Below are positions 1-13,365 of a stretch of 64,000 nucleotides of DNA, one piece after another; within the stretch, counting starts at the first letter, position 1, and every line of letters starts with the position of its first letter. The notes beneath the pieces were generated by a model. The model saw only the letters and a program-made list of their open reading frames with translations, was not told the origin of the DNA and did no database searches. Location of the stretch: the NCBI GenBank assembly GCA_964016885.1, contig OZ024753.1, forward strand, positions 4,774,001 through 4,838,000, read 5' to 3'. Source of the stretch: Eledone cirrhosa. Lineage: Eukaryota. The position numbers were made by a program, and so were the translations under genes.

Positions 1-61
1 TTATGTAATCTGTTGTGGTATTGGCTAAAACAAATATATGCTGGCATTCCAATATTAATAT

Positions 62-89
62 TAATATTATTATTATTATTATTATTATT

Positions 90-151
<62 letters not shown>
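62..151. repeat. (ATT)n followed by (GTT)n compound microsatellite
   Basis: Direct read; source of the spurious poly-I/poly-V ORF 15..239. Confidence 0.95.
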
Positions 152-152
<1 letters not shown>

Positions 153-711
153 AATATAATTGCTTTTGCTGTTGTCATTGTTGCTGTTGTTGTAACTATT
201 ACAACTACTAATATTATTACGATTAATATTCTTATTTAATGGTAGATTGGATCTGTTTCATCTGGTATTCTTCTAATCTACTTGTATATTCTATACGTAG
301 AATACATGCTTGATGTTTAATACTTTAAGTAATGCAAATTAAATAGACCCTCTGCTTGAATCCTAGATTTATCTCGGAAGTATATCCAATGTACTTACAA
401 TCTGAATTGGATACGTGGTATTTGGGAGATCATTGACAAATCTCTAGTTATTACCTGTTGCATTTAAAGAAAGGATGCTGGTGAATCTAATTAACTCGGC
501 AGATATTTGTATAAGTAGTCAGTGACTGGATTCATAAAATAGACTTAAACGTATGTGTATTCAACATTTAAACCTGTTTTCATATATAATAATGCAAGTT
601 ATTGTACATATGTGTATTGATATAAAATATATGTGTCCATGGAAATATATTCATATATTTGGAATATATTCATATATATGGAAATAAATATTCTGCCGCG
701 TGTGTTCCGCA

Positions 712-767
<56 letters not shown>

Positions 768-1037
768 CATGTGAGTGTTTGTGTGTGAGTGAGTGTGTGA
801 GTGTGTCTGTGTGTTTATATATAAATATATACATATATATAGAGATAGATAGATACTTATATATACGTACATGTATATGTATATACATATATGTATATAT
901 GTATATATATATATATGTATATATGTATACATACGTATATATGTATACATACATATATGTATACATATATGTATATATGTATACATACATATATATTTAT
1001 ATATGTATAAGTGTATATACATATATAAATAAACATA

Positions 1038-1075
<38 letters not shown>

Positions 1076-1447
1076 AGCAGGTATGTATGTACATAAGCTT
1101 AAATATGTTTCTATGTATGTATGTAATAAATATATGTGATGTATAATTTGATTTTGCTTTTATTGAGTATAGGGATGTAATTGATTTCTATTCTATTTCC
1201 CTAAAAGTAGAATTCCTGGTTTTATTCAATCAAAATATAATTAGAGGATTATAACAATTTTGTAAAATTTGCATTACTGTGTGTGTATGTGTATGAAACA
1301 AATCTATACTTATACTATATTATTTCAAATGTGTAAGGAAGAACTGGAGTATTTTATATATATACGTCGAACACTCACTATTCTATTTGATATTATTGTG
1401 AGGATTAGCACTATAGTGCTTTCTTATGAATATAAACACCTAACATT

Positions 1448-1649
1448 TATGAAGGTAGGCTGAAATGTTCATAGGCTGACTATAAAAGAGTGGTGCTAGA
1501 GCTGTGACATTTTGCATGCATTAATTTCAACTCCTCGTATTAATAACTGCATTGTTTCTTTTCAGGGACTATGTTGAAATACAAACCTCATTTAATCATT
1601 CCATGAGATTATCTTGGTCTACCTATGGACTTTTCAGCCGACCCTCGTA
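1448..1649. mobile_element. Mariner-type MITE (~200 bp) with ~33-bp imperfect TIRs and TA flanks
   Basis: Left end TA-TGAAGGTAGGCTGAAATGTTCATAGGCTGACTA matches reverse complement of right end TA-CGAGGGTCGGCTGAAAAGTCCATAGGTAGACCA; second copy at 30173-30372. Confidence 0.8.
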
Positions 1650-1726
1650 TCTATACTATATTATGCCAAATGTGTTGACACAGCATGATTTGGGAAAGAG
1701 GCAGAATTCAAAGAAAGTTTCAAATC

Positions 1727-1763
<37 letters not shown>

Positions 1764-2809
1764 TGATGATGATGATTTCCTTATAATAATAACAACTTTA
1801 ATTGTTTCGAAAATGTTCTTATGAAATCTTCCATCCGTTTTTTTGTTTTTTTTTGTTTTTTTTTCACTCAACTAAATATATTACGTCTTTTTGTCAGTAA
1901 AAAGAATTCAATATTCAAGTCTAAAATTCGTTTAGACTTCCTAAAATCATGGCTACAATAGATTTCATTACCGGGATTTTCTCTGGTCTAGCTTCTAACG
2001 CAGTAGACATGTCTATATAATTCTCAATTTCCTATCACTGCAATTACGTGTTGAAAAAATAATGCCTTAGTGTTAGATATCAGACAAAACGAGGTTATTG
2101 ATGAATATTCTTATCTGTGAAATCTGTCACGACACTTACTAATAAATGTGTCTGGAGAAATGTAAATTGGCAAATTGCAATAAAAGACAAAGTAACAATG
2201 AATCGTTGATAAAATGAAAATTAGTAAACAGGACAGAAACCAACATGAAGTCTGAAGCATTAAGTTGAATTCCAACACAAAAATTATACTCCGTTAATTG
2301 AAATAGATAACTTTAGTATTGTTATCGCTCTAGCTATTTTAATTATACTGTTTCCATGATAAGAATTCAGCAAGTATAAAAATATGAAAAAAAAAACATT
2401 TAATAATATCTCAAGTTTAATGAACACAAGATTGACGCTAAGGGATACCATTCACGCACAGATGCATCAGTCATTTAATCACAACATAGAAACGGCATAA
2501 CCTTCTTCATGCCTGTCTGCTTGGTTTCCTTCCTTTTTTTCTTCTTTCCGTCCTGCTTTCCTTGTGTCCTCAACTCCTAATGAAGTCATGGAGGAGCCGT
2601 AGAGACTTGTAGTCTATACTGAGCAGCCGAGGTTTTTCAGAGAAAGTTTTACAGAAAGACAGACAGACAAACAGTCGGTAGAATTTATCATAGTACATTG
2701 CTAATATAATATTTATCGCCCTTGCGAAAATAAAAGAGAAATTTTAGTTCGGCGAAATTGGAAACTCGGAGTATAGAGAGCTGGAACGAACACCCCAATA
2801 TATCCGGTT

Positions 2810-3103
2810 CGATTTGAACTCAGAACGTAAAAGTACGTAACTCTATATCACAAAGGATATTGTCCGACGGTCTACGGATACTGCCAATCCACCGGCCTGC
2901 CTTTCCTCCTAATAATGGTTTCTGACTCAGGCACAAGGCCAGCAATTAAATCGATCCCAGTACATTACTGGAAATTTATTTTATCGACCCCGCAAAGATG
3001 AAAGCCACAGTTGACCTCGGTGGAATTCGAACTCAGAATACAAAGGGACGTAACTATATGTGGCAAAGCATATTGCTCTACCGATATTAACAATTCACCG
3101 CCC
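2810..3103 (-). mobile_element. Two adjacent copies (one partial) of the abundant tRNA-derived SINE (family A)
   Basis: Share GAACTCAGA (B-box complement), TTTATCGACCCC..GATGAAAG core and GGCACAAGGCCAGCAATT tail with copies at 15491, 17185, 37595 and 53961. Confidence 0.8.
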
Positions 3104-3424
3104 TGTCTTTCTTAATAATACTATAAAAAATATTGATATCATCAAATACATATATTGACTTCATTATAGTATAGAAATCAGTTCACAATCTCGACAGGCA
3201 ATTATCGATTTCTTATGAAAATATATCCCAATACAAAATATATTCCCAATATCAACCTAGTAGTATTGATTTTAGCCACCTTTTCCCTGCGAAAGTAGAG
3301 AAGGCCATGGTGGGATTTGAAATCACCAAGAGGAGTAACTAAATAGCGTCAACCATATTAACCAGCACATTACTGTGTCTGCCAACATAATATGACGTTT
3401 AGTAGCATTGCAACAGGAATAAAG

Positions 3425-3745
3425 TGATAATAATAATAATGATGATGTTGATAACGACAACGATGACGATGATGATGAGGAGGAGGGGGGAGGATGATAA
3501 AGGTGAGATGATGGTGGTGAGGATTGTGGTGGTGGAGTTGGTGTGGTGATCATGACAGCAAAAATAATATACTACTATTAATGAGAAGAAGAAGAAGAAG
3601 AAGAAGAAGAAGAAGAAGAAGAAGAAGAAGAAGAAGAAGAAGAAGAAGAAGAAGAAGAAGAAGAAGAAGAAGAAGAAGAAGAAGAAGAAGAAGAAGAAGA
3701 AGAAGAAGAAGAAGAAGAAGAAGAACGACAACAACAACAACAAAA
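3425..3745. repeat. Compound trinucleotide array GAT/GGT then (GAA)n then (CAA)n
   Basis: Direct read. Confidence 0.95.
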
Positions 3746-4963
3746 ATAACAACTACAAATCAAATAATTCTGGCGAAGAGGGAGGGGAAGAAATGAGGGT
3801 TATAGAAGAATACATTCCTATAATGACTCCCATGAAAAAGACACGGGAATGTAATTAACATTTCTGTTTAGTTTTCATATCTCGAACAGAATTTTTCATT
3901 GAATTGCCTAGAGAGCTATAAAACTAGCAATATAGTTAATCGTGAATCTTAGCATTGAATCTCATATGGCACCATAATGAAGGCTATTCCACAAAAAATA
4001 CCATCATCTATAATCAGAAGCTGTCTTAAATCAATTCAAGGGTTTTGCAAATTTCCGTAAAGTTGGCAACATTTTCATTCTTCGGATGTATGTAATGGCT
4101 TAGTCCAGATTATAGTACTGAATAAATAGCTTTCAGATAGAGCTGCAAAGCAACGTTGTCGTGTTGAACATGAATAAATGAATAAAATGGAATTTAGAAG
4201 GTTGTAATGTGTGTGGTGAGGGGGGAGGAATAGAGAGAGAGAAAGTGAGTGTTTGTGCATACATGTATGTAGTTGTGTATGTATATGTATATATACTTAC
4301 ATATGTAGACACATACATTCATACATACACAAACATACAATCATACATATATGTATATACATACACATATATATGCGTGTGTGTTTGTGTTTACATTCAT
4401 ATATACATATATGTTTACACATAAACTTACATGCATACAAATGCACACACACACACACGACCATTCATACACACACAAGCATACAAACACACAACCATAC
4501 ACAAGCTAATGTTTTCTGTTCTTCCCAGCTTCTCTATTTTTATCCCTCTTCTCTCTTCTTTATACAGATGCATACACACATACACACACACACACACGCA
4601 CTCGCGCACATATGCACACGCACGCATACAGCCACCCACACACACACACGCATACATACAGCCACCCACACACACACACATATACACATATATATATATA
4701 TACATATATGTATGCAAATATATATATATATATACAAATACAGATTCAGCGAGAATCGCATTTCAGCGGGTAGGGAAGGCGAAACGAAACGCAAAAATCA
4801 GAGATGACACTGGCAAAGTGCTCAATAGTTAAAAACCAGAGCTAAACAATGTGTTAAGAAGCCATACAAAACTGAAAAAATGGTCAAGAAAGCATTAACC
4901 ACCTCAGCCAAAAAGCAAATCAAGCTAAACAGGTCAAAACAAAATAAATGATAAAAATAAATG

Positions 4964-5038
<75 letters not shown>

Positions 5039-5142
5039 CAGAGAGAGATAGAGGAGAGAGTCACACAGACGGACGTACGGAATAAATATAAGTAGATAGA
5101 TAATTAGATAAATAATACATACATATATATATACATACATAC

Positions 5143-5609
5143 ATGCAGAACTAATGTGAAATCTGCAGATACTTCACCCTGACTATACCTTCAGATTTAT
5201 ACCTGTGATTATTGGAGCACTGGGATATGTTAGTGACTGCCTCAGTACAAATCTTGAGAAACTGAACTTCACAGAAACAGAAAGAACATGACTAGTTAGG
5301 AAATGACAAATACAATCAATTATACAGTAAAAATATGTAAAACATTGCAAAAGGTCTGCATATAATAACTGCATGTACACATGTACAGATTCAAAGCATG
5401 TGCACATCCACACGTATAACTCAAAGCATACACACAACCACACATACAATAACATCCATAACTGCACACACATGCATGCAAGCATGCATGCAGACATATC
5501 TACCTAGTTGATGTTGTGTAAATTTCAATGAGAGAGTCTTTTGTCTATTTAGAAACCGACTCCCTCTTTATTGCTAAAAATCTATAAAATGATAAAACCA
5601 GAAGAACAT
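5143..5609 (+). mobile_element. 5'-truncated 3' end of an RLE non-LTR retrotransposon (R4/Dong-like), same family as 51735-52366
   Basis: Aligns by eye with 51909-52366 (encodes ...PDYTFRFIPVIIGALGYVS..., same 3' UTR ending AAAACCAGAAGAACAT); in-frame stop; 5' junction in (CATA)n. Confidence 0.85.
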
Positions 5610-5849
5610 ATATTATTAAGATCATGTTCATATCTCCTTTTTAGATATTTTCATATTTGCGTAGCAATATATTTCTAGCCTTTAGCAAGAATTAAGGATA
5701 GAACTAGAAATTGTAAATATAATTCCATGTGAGAGAGATGGGTGGTGCTAAGCATAAGTGAGGTGAAGCGAAAGATAGCTGGAGCAAAAGACAAGAAACT
5801 AGCATATATAAAGATTAGATAATAACGAAGACCGAATCTAGAGGCAACC

Positions 5850-6140
5850 TGGTGCTTTCGGCTACCAGCTCAGGCTTAGGTGACCGCCAGGCCAAAGAGG
5901 ACAAACTCTCCAAGTATCAGCCATTCTCTGATAGGTTTGTGGTAGAGCCTGTAACAGTGGAGACTTCTGGCATTCGTCGCCCCCGGACCACTTCCCTGTT
6001 CACTGCTATGAGAGTGGAGGTGGCTGCTCGCAGGTATGAGCCCTACGAGGTGGAGTAGCTGTTCCAGCGTGCCACCCTCGCCGTATTTCAGGGCAATGTA
6101 TTCTCCATCCAGTCGGCCGAGATCAAGAGGCAGAGCATAA
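5850..6140 (+). pseudogene. C-terminal RLE domain fragment of a CRE-like non-LTR retrotransposon
   Basis: KLSKY..DRFVVEPVTVETSG...EVE*LFQRATLAVFQGNVFSI matches the CRE-clade pattern P.AVET.G...WL.QR.SLA..RGNA.SI; paralogue at 55600-55830. Confidence 0.75.
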
Positions 6141-6785
6141 GATAGTTTAAGGTGGAGGATACTCGTTGGAACGTCTCATATGTACACATATACTCAACCA
6201 CTTATACAGTAAAGATGTGGGGAGAAAGGGTTAAATAAATCAGTTTGTTTCTGTTATTTAATAACATTTCAATTTAATAATTTGAAGTAAGATGACAAAC
6301 GAACCAACCGAATTTAATGCCTAGTTACCTTCAAGTAATTATAGACAATTGGCTACAATTATTGGAATTATCTTGCAATGGTAATTATAACTATTATATA
6401 TGAATAGAAGTATGTTTATAAAATATTGTTTAATATGAAATAATTATTTTAAAAAGAATATTATTCGGTTAATGTTATAAGTGAAAAGGTGATTTTAATG
6501 TATCAAACTTTCATTTAAACACCCACCCCTCACCTCATAATTGTAGTCAAAAATGTTACATAATTATTCCCCTTCATATAGATTTCTGATCTATTTTACT
6601 CTCCTATTTGACGTTTTAAGATCAGGAACCTGAACCCGTGATTTTTTTTTTGTTTTTGATTTTGTTTTGTTATGTTTTTTGTTGTTGTTTTTTTTCTTCC
6701 TGCTTATAGATAAATGCAAAGCTATCAAATTAAGGAGTTCAGTTTACTATCACGTGTTTTCAATTACATTACTAATGTGTTAAAT

Positions 6786-6876
6786 CTTGTGCAAGGCTTT
6801 TCTACTATAGCCTTGAGTTGACCAAAGCCCTGTGAGTAAAGTTTGTTAGATGGAAACTATGCAGAAGCCCGTCGTA
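6786..6876 (+). mobile_element. 3' part of a CORE-like SINE followed by (TA)/(TG) tail
   Basis: CTTGTGCAAGGCTTTTCTACTATAGCCTTGAGTTGACCAAAGCC..GAAGCCCGTCGTA; similar to the reverse complement of 54615-54665. Confidence 0.55.
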
Positions 6877-6886
6877 AATACATATG

Positions 6887-6927
<41 letters not shown>

Positions 6928-6938
6928 ATGTGTGTGTG

Positions 6939-6969
<31 letters not shown>

Positions 6970-7377
6970 ATTTATGGTGGACTTCTGTATATATGTATAC
7001 ATGCGTGTGCGCGCGTGTGTGTGTATATATATATTTACAGTGGGGGTTCTGTATATTTGTATATTTAGTAATTAAAAAAACGAGATCAATAAAATAGTCA
7101 CCATATTTCAAATAAGAATCACTAGAGTCTAGATAATCGATTAAATCCCTTTGAGCTGGTTCCTCAGCATTGTCGTTGTCTAATAACTTAAATCAGTAAA
7201 ATAATAAAAGGAAAATTGAATAATAGATTTACTTTATTCACTCTATGAAATGTTTACACTCTCCATATATTTTCTTTATTTGTCTTCCCTATTTTAGTTG
7301 CTTCGCCAAACTTCCACATACCGTCTCCACTTCCGTATCCATTAAAGCTTTTTTTTTCAATTTTTAGGCTTTTCCCT

Positions 7378-7429
7378 AATGCCTGATAATGGCTTCAGTG
7401 AACCGAAATAGTTCCCAATCTATAGCATT
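7378..7429 (+). ncRNA. Type I hammerhead ribozyme relic (C3/A8 mismatch, probably inactive)
   Basis: AATGC-CTGATAA-T-GGcTTCagtGAACC-GAAA-TAG..CTA-TA|-GCATT: stems I, II and III all pair; core has C3 opposite A8. Confidence 0.6.
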
Positions 7430-7627
7430 TCTTTTAATAAATATTTCACTGAGTAACCTATGTATTCAGTAGTTTATTTAAAAAACACGCAGACAAACTG
7501 ACAGATGGGCAGAAAACAAGCAAATGGAAGGTATGTGTACCTATTTAATGTGAGCAGTCCGTTGTCGAAAACAACTCATTTGACTGGTATATATATATAT
7601 ATGTACACAAACAAACATACAAACATA

Positions 7628-7682
<55 letters not shown>

Positions 7683-7908
7683 ACACACACACACACACAT
7701 CAGAATAAACCAATCCCAATTACAAAGAAAATCGTACGGTAGAGTGTATTAACATAAACATAGAGAAAAAACGAAAATACATTTTATATGAGTATAGCAG
7801 GTACGTATATTGAATAAATAGTATTTTATACGGATGAAATTGTATAATATGTGTTTACGAATATAATATATACAAAATATAGATTTACAGTATCTGAAAC
7901 ATTGATAT

Positions 7909-8240
7909 TGTCACTTTCGTCAACCTCAACATATGTGTGGCAATATTCGTTTGATGGGGGGTTACCATTGCACAATAGACACTTTGGGTCGTGTTTAATA
8001 AACGTTCAGAATTTCGGAAATCTAGGAAAGATAATCAGTTTCTCTGTAGAAATTAATGACAGTTTAGTTCTGATCGAAAACTTTCATTCCTGTACGATGT
8101 CATAAATTCTTGCACGAAACGAATTGTTTTACATATCGCATAGGAACTATATTTCGTTAATGTGGTGGTGAGAAATTGCGTTTGCAAATTAATAAAAGTA
8201 ACACTTTGCAAATTAAGACGGCCATTACAATTTTATTCAC
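7909..8240 (-). pseudogene. Possible highly decayed Merlin/IS1595-like transposase fragment
   Basis: Minus strand gives YVEVDES near 7910-7935, with SYRNESF/TKLSL and NCNGRLNL-like remnants upstream; many stops and frameshifts. Confidence 0.35.
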
Positions 8241-8793
8241 TGAATACAATATATTCTGCATAGAATTATTCACTACGTAATCTTCGGTACAATGCACGAA
8301 TGCCGCCAAAGCCCAGGATTTGTAATTAAGCAGGAAATGGGGATTGTCAAAGTTAAAGGTAATTGTAGAATTTGGAATAATTGCATTAGAATTTCTTTTA
8401 GTACTGTCACTTTCTATTGTAACTTGCAAATTTCATACATGAAGCCTATTTGTGTTTCTTTAGAAAATGACAGATTAAATTAAAAATCATTTTAGCAATG
8501 TTTGTTCTCAAACTTATACTATACTTAGTTTTGCACCACATTATTCCTAATTCCTATCTTAACGCATTGCAGCACCAGATGCCGACTGTTATTGTATAAT
8601 TTTCAGAACATTCACTGTTCCGTAGAGCTGCAATTTCTAAACTTTGCTTCATCTAAACAAATAATAATATCAATAGGCATTTACTAATCTTAAGAGCAAG
8701 GTGGAATAATGTGAATAGATCGAATTTTGTATATACTGTACATTTTCTCCTTCCAGCTGGTGTGTTTGAGGACTCAGCTCCGACAACCCTCTC

Positions 8794-8889
8794 AAGAAGA
8801 AGAAGAAGAAGAAGAAGAAGAAGAAGAAGAAGAAGAAGAAGAAGAAGAAGAAGAAGAAGAAGAAGAAGAAGAAGAAGAAGAAGAAGAAG

Positions 8890-8919
<30 letters not shown>
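8794..8919. repeat. (GAA)n microsatellite
   Basis: Direct read. Confidence 0.97.
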
Positions 8920-8920
<1 letters not shown>

Positions 8921-9855
8921 GTATATTTTCTATGTAGCTTATATATAGGGTAGATTTGGTTGTTTCTAAATTTAGAGTAATGTCTAAAAGAATTTACAAT
9001 AATATTTGTATCTGTTGTAATAAATAAAAGCATTGCATTAAGTAGTATTAATATCTAATTCATTTCCACTTATATTTCTTGACACTAATATTCAAGCATC
9101 TTTATATATTCCTTCATTTACTACTGGGAATATGCTATGTAATATATCTAAAATATCAATTCCTATTATTTTATAAATCATCTTTCATTTATGTGAGTTG
9201 GGTAATAAAATGAAGAAAGATTACCCTACTCTAGATAAAACTTTTAACATCACGGGCCGAATTTCATCCCCCTCAGTAGCCTTACTACATTTGAGCTCTT
9301 TAATTTCCTCTGGTAGCTTCAGCCTCCAAGAGGTTAGACATTGCTACTAGAGACATCTCATGTATGTAGGTGACAGGTATCACATATTTGACGCAGAATC
9401 TATGTGTTGCTACTCCGAGGTTCTCGTTCTTATCTCAGGCAAACATTTGAGGTTGTCTGTCAAAGCATATTACGAAATGTTTTTACCAAAACGGATTTAT
9501 TATTGAGTATAGAATCATGACAAAGACGTCGTGTAAACTGCTTCCATAAAGCATAAACATGTTGTGAGAGGATTTAATAGTATTGTAGTATTATCTTATA
9601 AACACAGTAACAATCTTTGACATAGATATCAAAGCAGCAAATATTTAACTTCAGTTTCCTTTCATTGAGTGCTTTTTGATATATGAAGACATCTCCAATT
9701 ATATACGCATATTCGGGAACACAGAAACAGCCACACTCACACACACACATATATATATATATATAATAGCTATACACAGATACATACATAAATACATACA
9801 TACATACATACATACATACATACATACATACATACATACATACATACATACATGC

Positions 9856-9924
<69 letters not shown>

Positions 9925-10158
9925 TTATAAACACACAGATACATGCGGACACACACATATATACATGAATGCATCCGCACCCAACTGTGAGTTAAGGGTG
10001 CCAACTTCACCGATGTTGCTCAATGAATGACTGGGACAGACCAATTCAGTTTGAACCAGACTGAACCAGTATCAGAGTTAAAAATACATTATGAAGAGAG
10101 AAGAAACATTTAGATATAATTAGTAATAAAATGTATCATACCTAAACTGCTCCTAAAT

Positions 10159-10246
10159 TCCTCGACTACGTAGTTTCGTGGCATAAACAAAAACAATATA
10201 TCAAAGATATAGAGTCCTTGCGAGGTCTGCCGACTTATCAAGAGGA
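10159..10246 (-). ncRNA. Type I hammerhead ribozyme, U3-A8 core, extended stem II (copy 1)
   Basis: Minus strand: TCCTC-TTGATAA-GTcGGCA..TGCCAC-GAAA-CTACGTAG-TC|-GAGGA; stem I 5 bp, palindromic stem III ACTACGTAGT, GUC cleavage triplet (cut between 10164 and 10163). Confidence 0.85.
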
Positions 10247-10749
10247 TACCTCATTTTACTAGTCTCAAGAACGCGTCTACACGACGTGAGAAAGAATCCC
10301 AAAAGGCGGAGGGGGAGATAGTCACGCGATATAACGGTCGAGAAACAGAGCTAAGCCTCCTATAACCACGAAGAAAATACCACGGAGGCGGAGGGGGTAT
10401 TCATATCGAGGCCGCAGAAGAGGTAGTGAAGAAGGCGAGAAGTATGAGTAATGGAAGCTTTCCAGTTGTCCCCACACTTCAAAGATTGCTCGACCAGAGG
10501 GAGTTATTAATATATTTATAAACACACAGATACATGCGGACACACACATATATACATGAATGCATCCGCACCCAACTGTGAGTTAAGGGTGCCAACTTCA
10601 CCGATGTTGCTCAATGAATGACTGGGACAGACCAATTCAGTTTGAACCAGACTGAACCAGTATCAGAGTTAAAAATACATTATGAAGAGAGAAGAAACAT
10701 TTAGATATAATTAGTAATAAAATGTATCATACCTAAACTGCTCCTAAAT

Positions 10750-10837
10750 TCCTCGACTACGTAGTTTCGTGGCATAAACAAAAACAATATATCAAAGATA
10801 TAGAGTCCTTGCGAGGTCTGCCGACTTATCAAGAGGA
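10750..10837 (-). ncRNA. Type I hammerhead ribozyme, U3-A8 core (copy 2)
   Basis: Identical to 10159-10246, shifted by 591. Confidence 0.85.
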
Positions 10838-11824
10838 TACCTCATTTTACTAGTCTCAAGAACGCGTCTACACGACGTGAGAAAGAATCCCAAAAGGCGG
10901 AGGGGGAGATAGTCACGCGATATAACGGTCGAGAAACAGAGCTAAGCCTCCTATAACCACGAAGAAAATAACCACATATATATATATATATATATGTGGG
11001 GGGGGATATATGTATGTATGTATAGTATATTTGGCAATATACCGTGTGTTTAATTAAAAACATATATATATATATATATATATAATGAATGCATAGATAA
11101 CTGAGTAATTAATTTATTATATATAGGTATATGACGATTTGATCACATGTGTGATTATATACACACTTTCCCGTTAATTATTATATATTTCCCCTTATGA
11201 ATAGTATCATGAGTTTCAATTTATGCGTTCCTATGTGACTAAATTTTTCAGAAAATACAAAACAAATAGAACGTTATATAGAAATGATACTTGATTCAAA
11301 ACAAAGAAACTTACAGCAGAACACAAACAAATGAGTCTGTTAAAATATACAAATAAACAAAGTTATTAAATCTAAAGTTAAACAATGGGAGAGGAAAAGG
11401 TTTTGACTTCGTTCTTTGCTATAAAGATTTGGTGATAATATAAAATACAGGATAATGCTTAATTAGATTATATAATTTAGTTAATTAGAATTTCTGTGAA
11501 AACAGCAGCACTGCTCTCGCGAGCAGATAAAGACATAAGTGAAGAAAGCATTTTAAAAAAGCCTAAGAAAATGTTTGTAAATACTAAAGAAAAGCTGAAA
11601 TATAGAGATTAAAAGTTAAAGAACATGTAAATACGGTAATATAATTTAGAGGATATTTAACAATGCTTACGTTAGGATGATAAGGTAGAAAATAAATATA
11701 TAAGTCAAATATATTCTGGTCTTTTGCTACGATATAATTGTTTGTTTGTGTTGGTGCTTTTATATATATATATATATTCATTTATTATTCCACAATGCTT
11801 CAAGCAAACTTCAATACTCTCTTA

Positions 11825-11855
<31 letters not shown>

Positions 11856-11911
11856 CGTTTCTGAATTTGTTTAGCAAGATTCTTATTGGCAACATGACCC
11901 TCCCAAAGTAT

Positions 11912-11963
<52 letters not shown>

Positions 11964-11968
<5 letters not shown>

Positions 11969-12157
11969 AACGAATAGGACCCCGACGGCTGAGCTCAAGC
12001 CGTTTCGACGGCTAATTCTGGACAAAATTAGCCGTCGAAACGGCTTGAGCCCAGCCGTCGGGGTCCTACTCGTTCCTATCAACCACTTTACTACCCTAAG
12101 TATTGAGTACTTTGGTGCGTTATGGTCCATCTGGTTCCTTACCACATTTCCTTCGTT
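11964..12157 (+). mobile_element. Fold-back HHR element family B: 54-bp-arm hairpin plus ~78-bp tail, in (TA)n
   Basis: 11964-12017 is the reverse complement of 12026-12079 (2 mismatches); contains only the 3' half of the HHR (GAAACGGCT..AGCCGTC|GGGG); tail homologous to 59197-59273, 40787-40868 and 36189-36245. Confidence 0.9.
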
Positions 12158-12178
12158 ATATATATATATGTATATATA

Positions 12179-12255
12179 CAGAGTGTCCCACCAAAATGTA
12201 TACATACTTCAACAGCATTCTAATAAATGTGTGTATACATTTTTGGGACATCCTG
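12179..12255. mobile_element. Tiny palindromic Tc1/mariner-type MITE (~77 bp)
   Basis: CAGAGTGTCCCA..AAAATGTATACA versus TGTATACATTTTTGGGACATCCTG; TA on the left flank. Confidence 0.65.
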
Positions 12256-12289
12256 CATATATATATATATATTTGTCCGGTAACTCCAT

Positions 12290-12505
12290 TTTTTAAACCT
12301 GGCAGGTTTGAATAGACCAGATTTCTTCCAGGGGATGATAAAGAAGGGGAGAATTGAAGTGAGAAAGAGAAATAGAGGAAGGATTGACCCCAATACTTCT
12401 CTATCGACCGTGAAAGCATGAAAGGCAGAGTTGACCTCGGCGGGATTTGAAATCAGAGAGCAGAGAACCGAATACCGTAAAACATTCTATCCGACATTCT
12501 AACAA
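12290..12505 (-). mobile_element. SINE family A, diverged copy
   Basis: TATCGACCGTGAAAGCATGAAAGGCAGAGTTGACCTCGGCGGGATTTGAAATCAGA core. Confidence 0.75.
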
Positions 12506-12639
12506 TCATATATATATATATGTGTGTGTGTGTGTATTTATGTATACTTGTGTGGACCTACCTGTGTGTATTTGTTTGTATATATACTCACACATACATA
12601 CACACTCATATATATATATATATATATATATGTATGCAT

Positions 12640-12682
<43 letters not shown>

Positions 12683-13288
12683 GGAATGTATCCATATATG
12701 TGCAAGTGTCTCTGTGTGTGTATATGTATTATGTGAATAATCATGGGTTTACTTAATTATTTTCCTAATTTTCTTTCAATCTTGATTTTATGTATGCAAA
12801 GATATCGTTTTGTTTGTGCGTAGTCAATGAGTGGAATAATGTATCTGTATTAGTATATTTCCTACAATGTTACATGTAAAACAAGGATTCAATTGCTAGC
12901 GTCAGTGTTTTATGTGTGCGGATATATTGGTGTGTTCATACAACGTGTTAGTACTTTGTAAGCCATGTGTGGTTGAGTTATGTTATATGTGGATTCACTG
13001 CTTTATCTCCATGTGTATGCTAGTAATGATATTTAATGATATTTCGATATCTATGCGAGTATCATGCGCACATAGTTGTGTGTATGGAGTAGACATCATT
13101 TCTGGAACTGAATATAAATGTATTAAATATATTTATATATGTATGCTTGTGTTTGTATATATATGCATGTATGAATGCATATATATATAGATATAGATAC
13201 ATACATATGTATATATATTATATATATATATATATATATGCATATGTGTTTGAATGTAAGTATGCGTGTATATATATATGTATATATA

Positions 13289-13365
<77 letters not shown>

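Larger units (their letters stand above)
9917..10975 (-). mobile_element. 591-bp-period tandem element (one full unit plus a 468-bp partial unit) inserted in (TA)n; retrozyme-like or Penelope pseudo-LTR-like
   Basis: 9917-10383 is essentially identical to 10508-10975 (offset 591; only a 1-nt indel near the end noticed); (TA)n on both sides; each unit contains an HHR. Confidence 0.9.
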
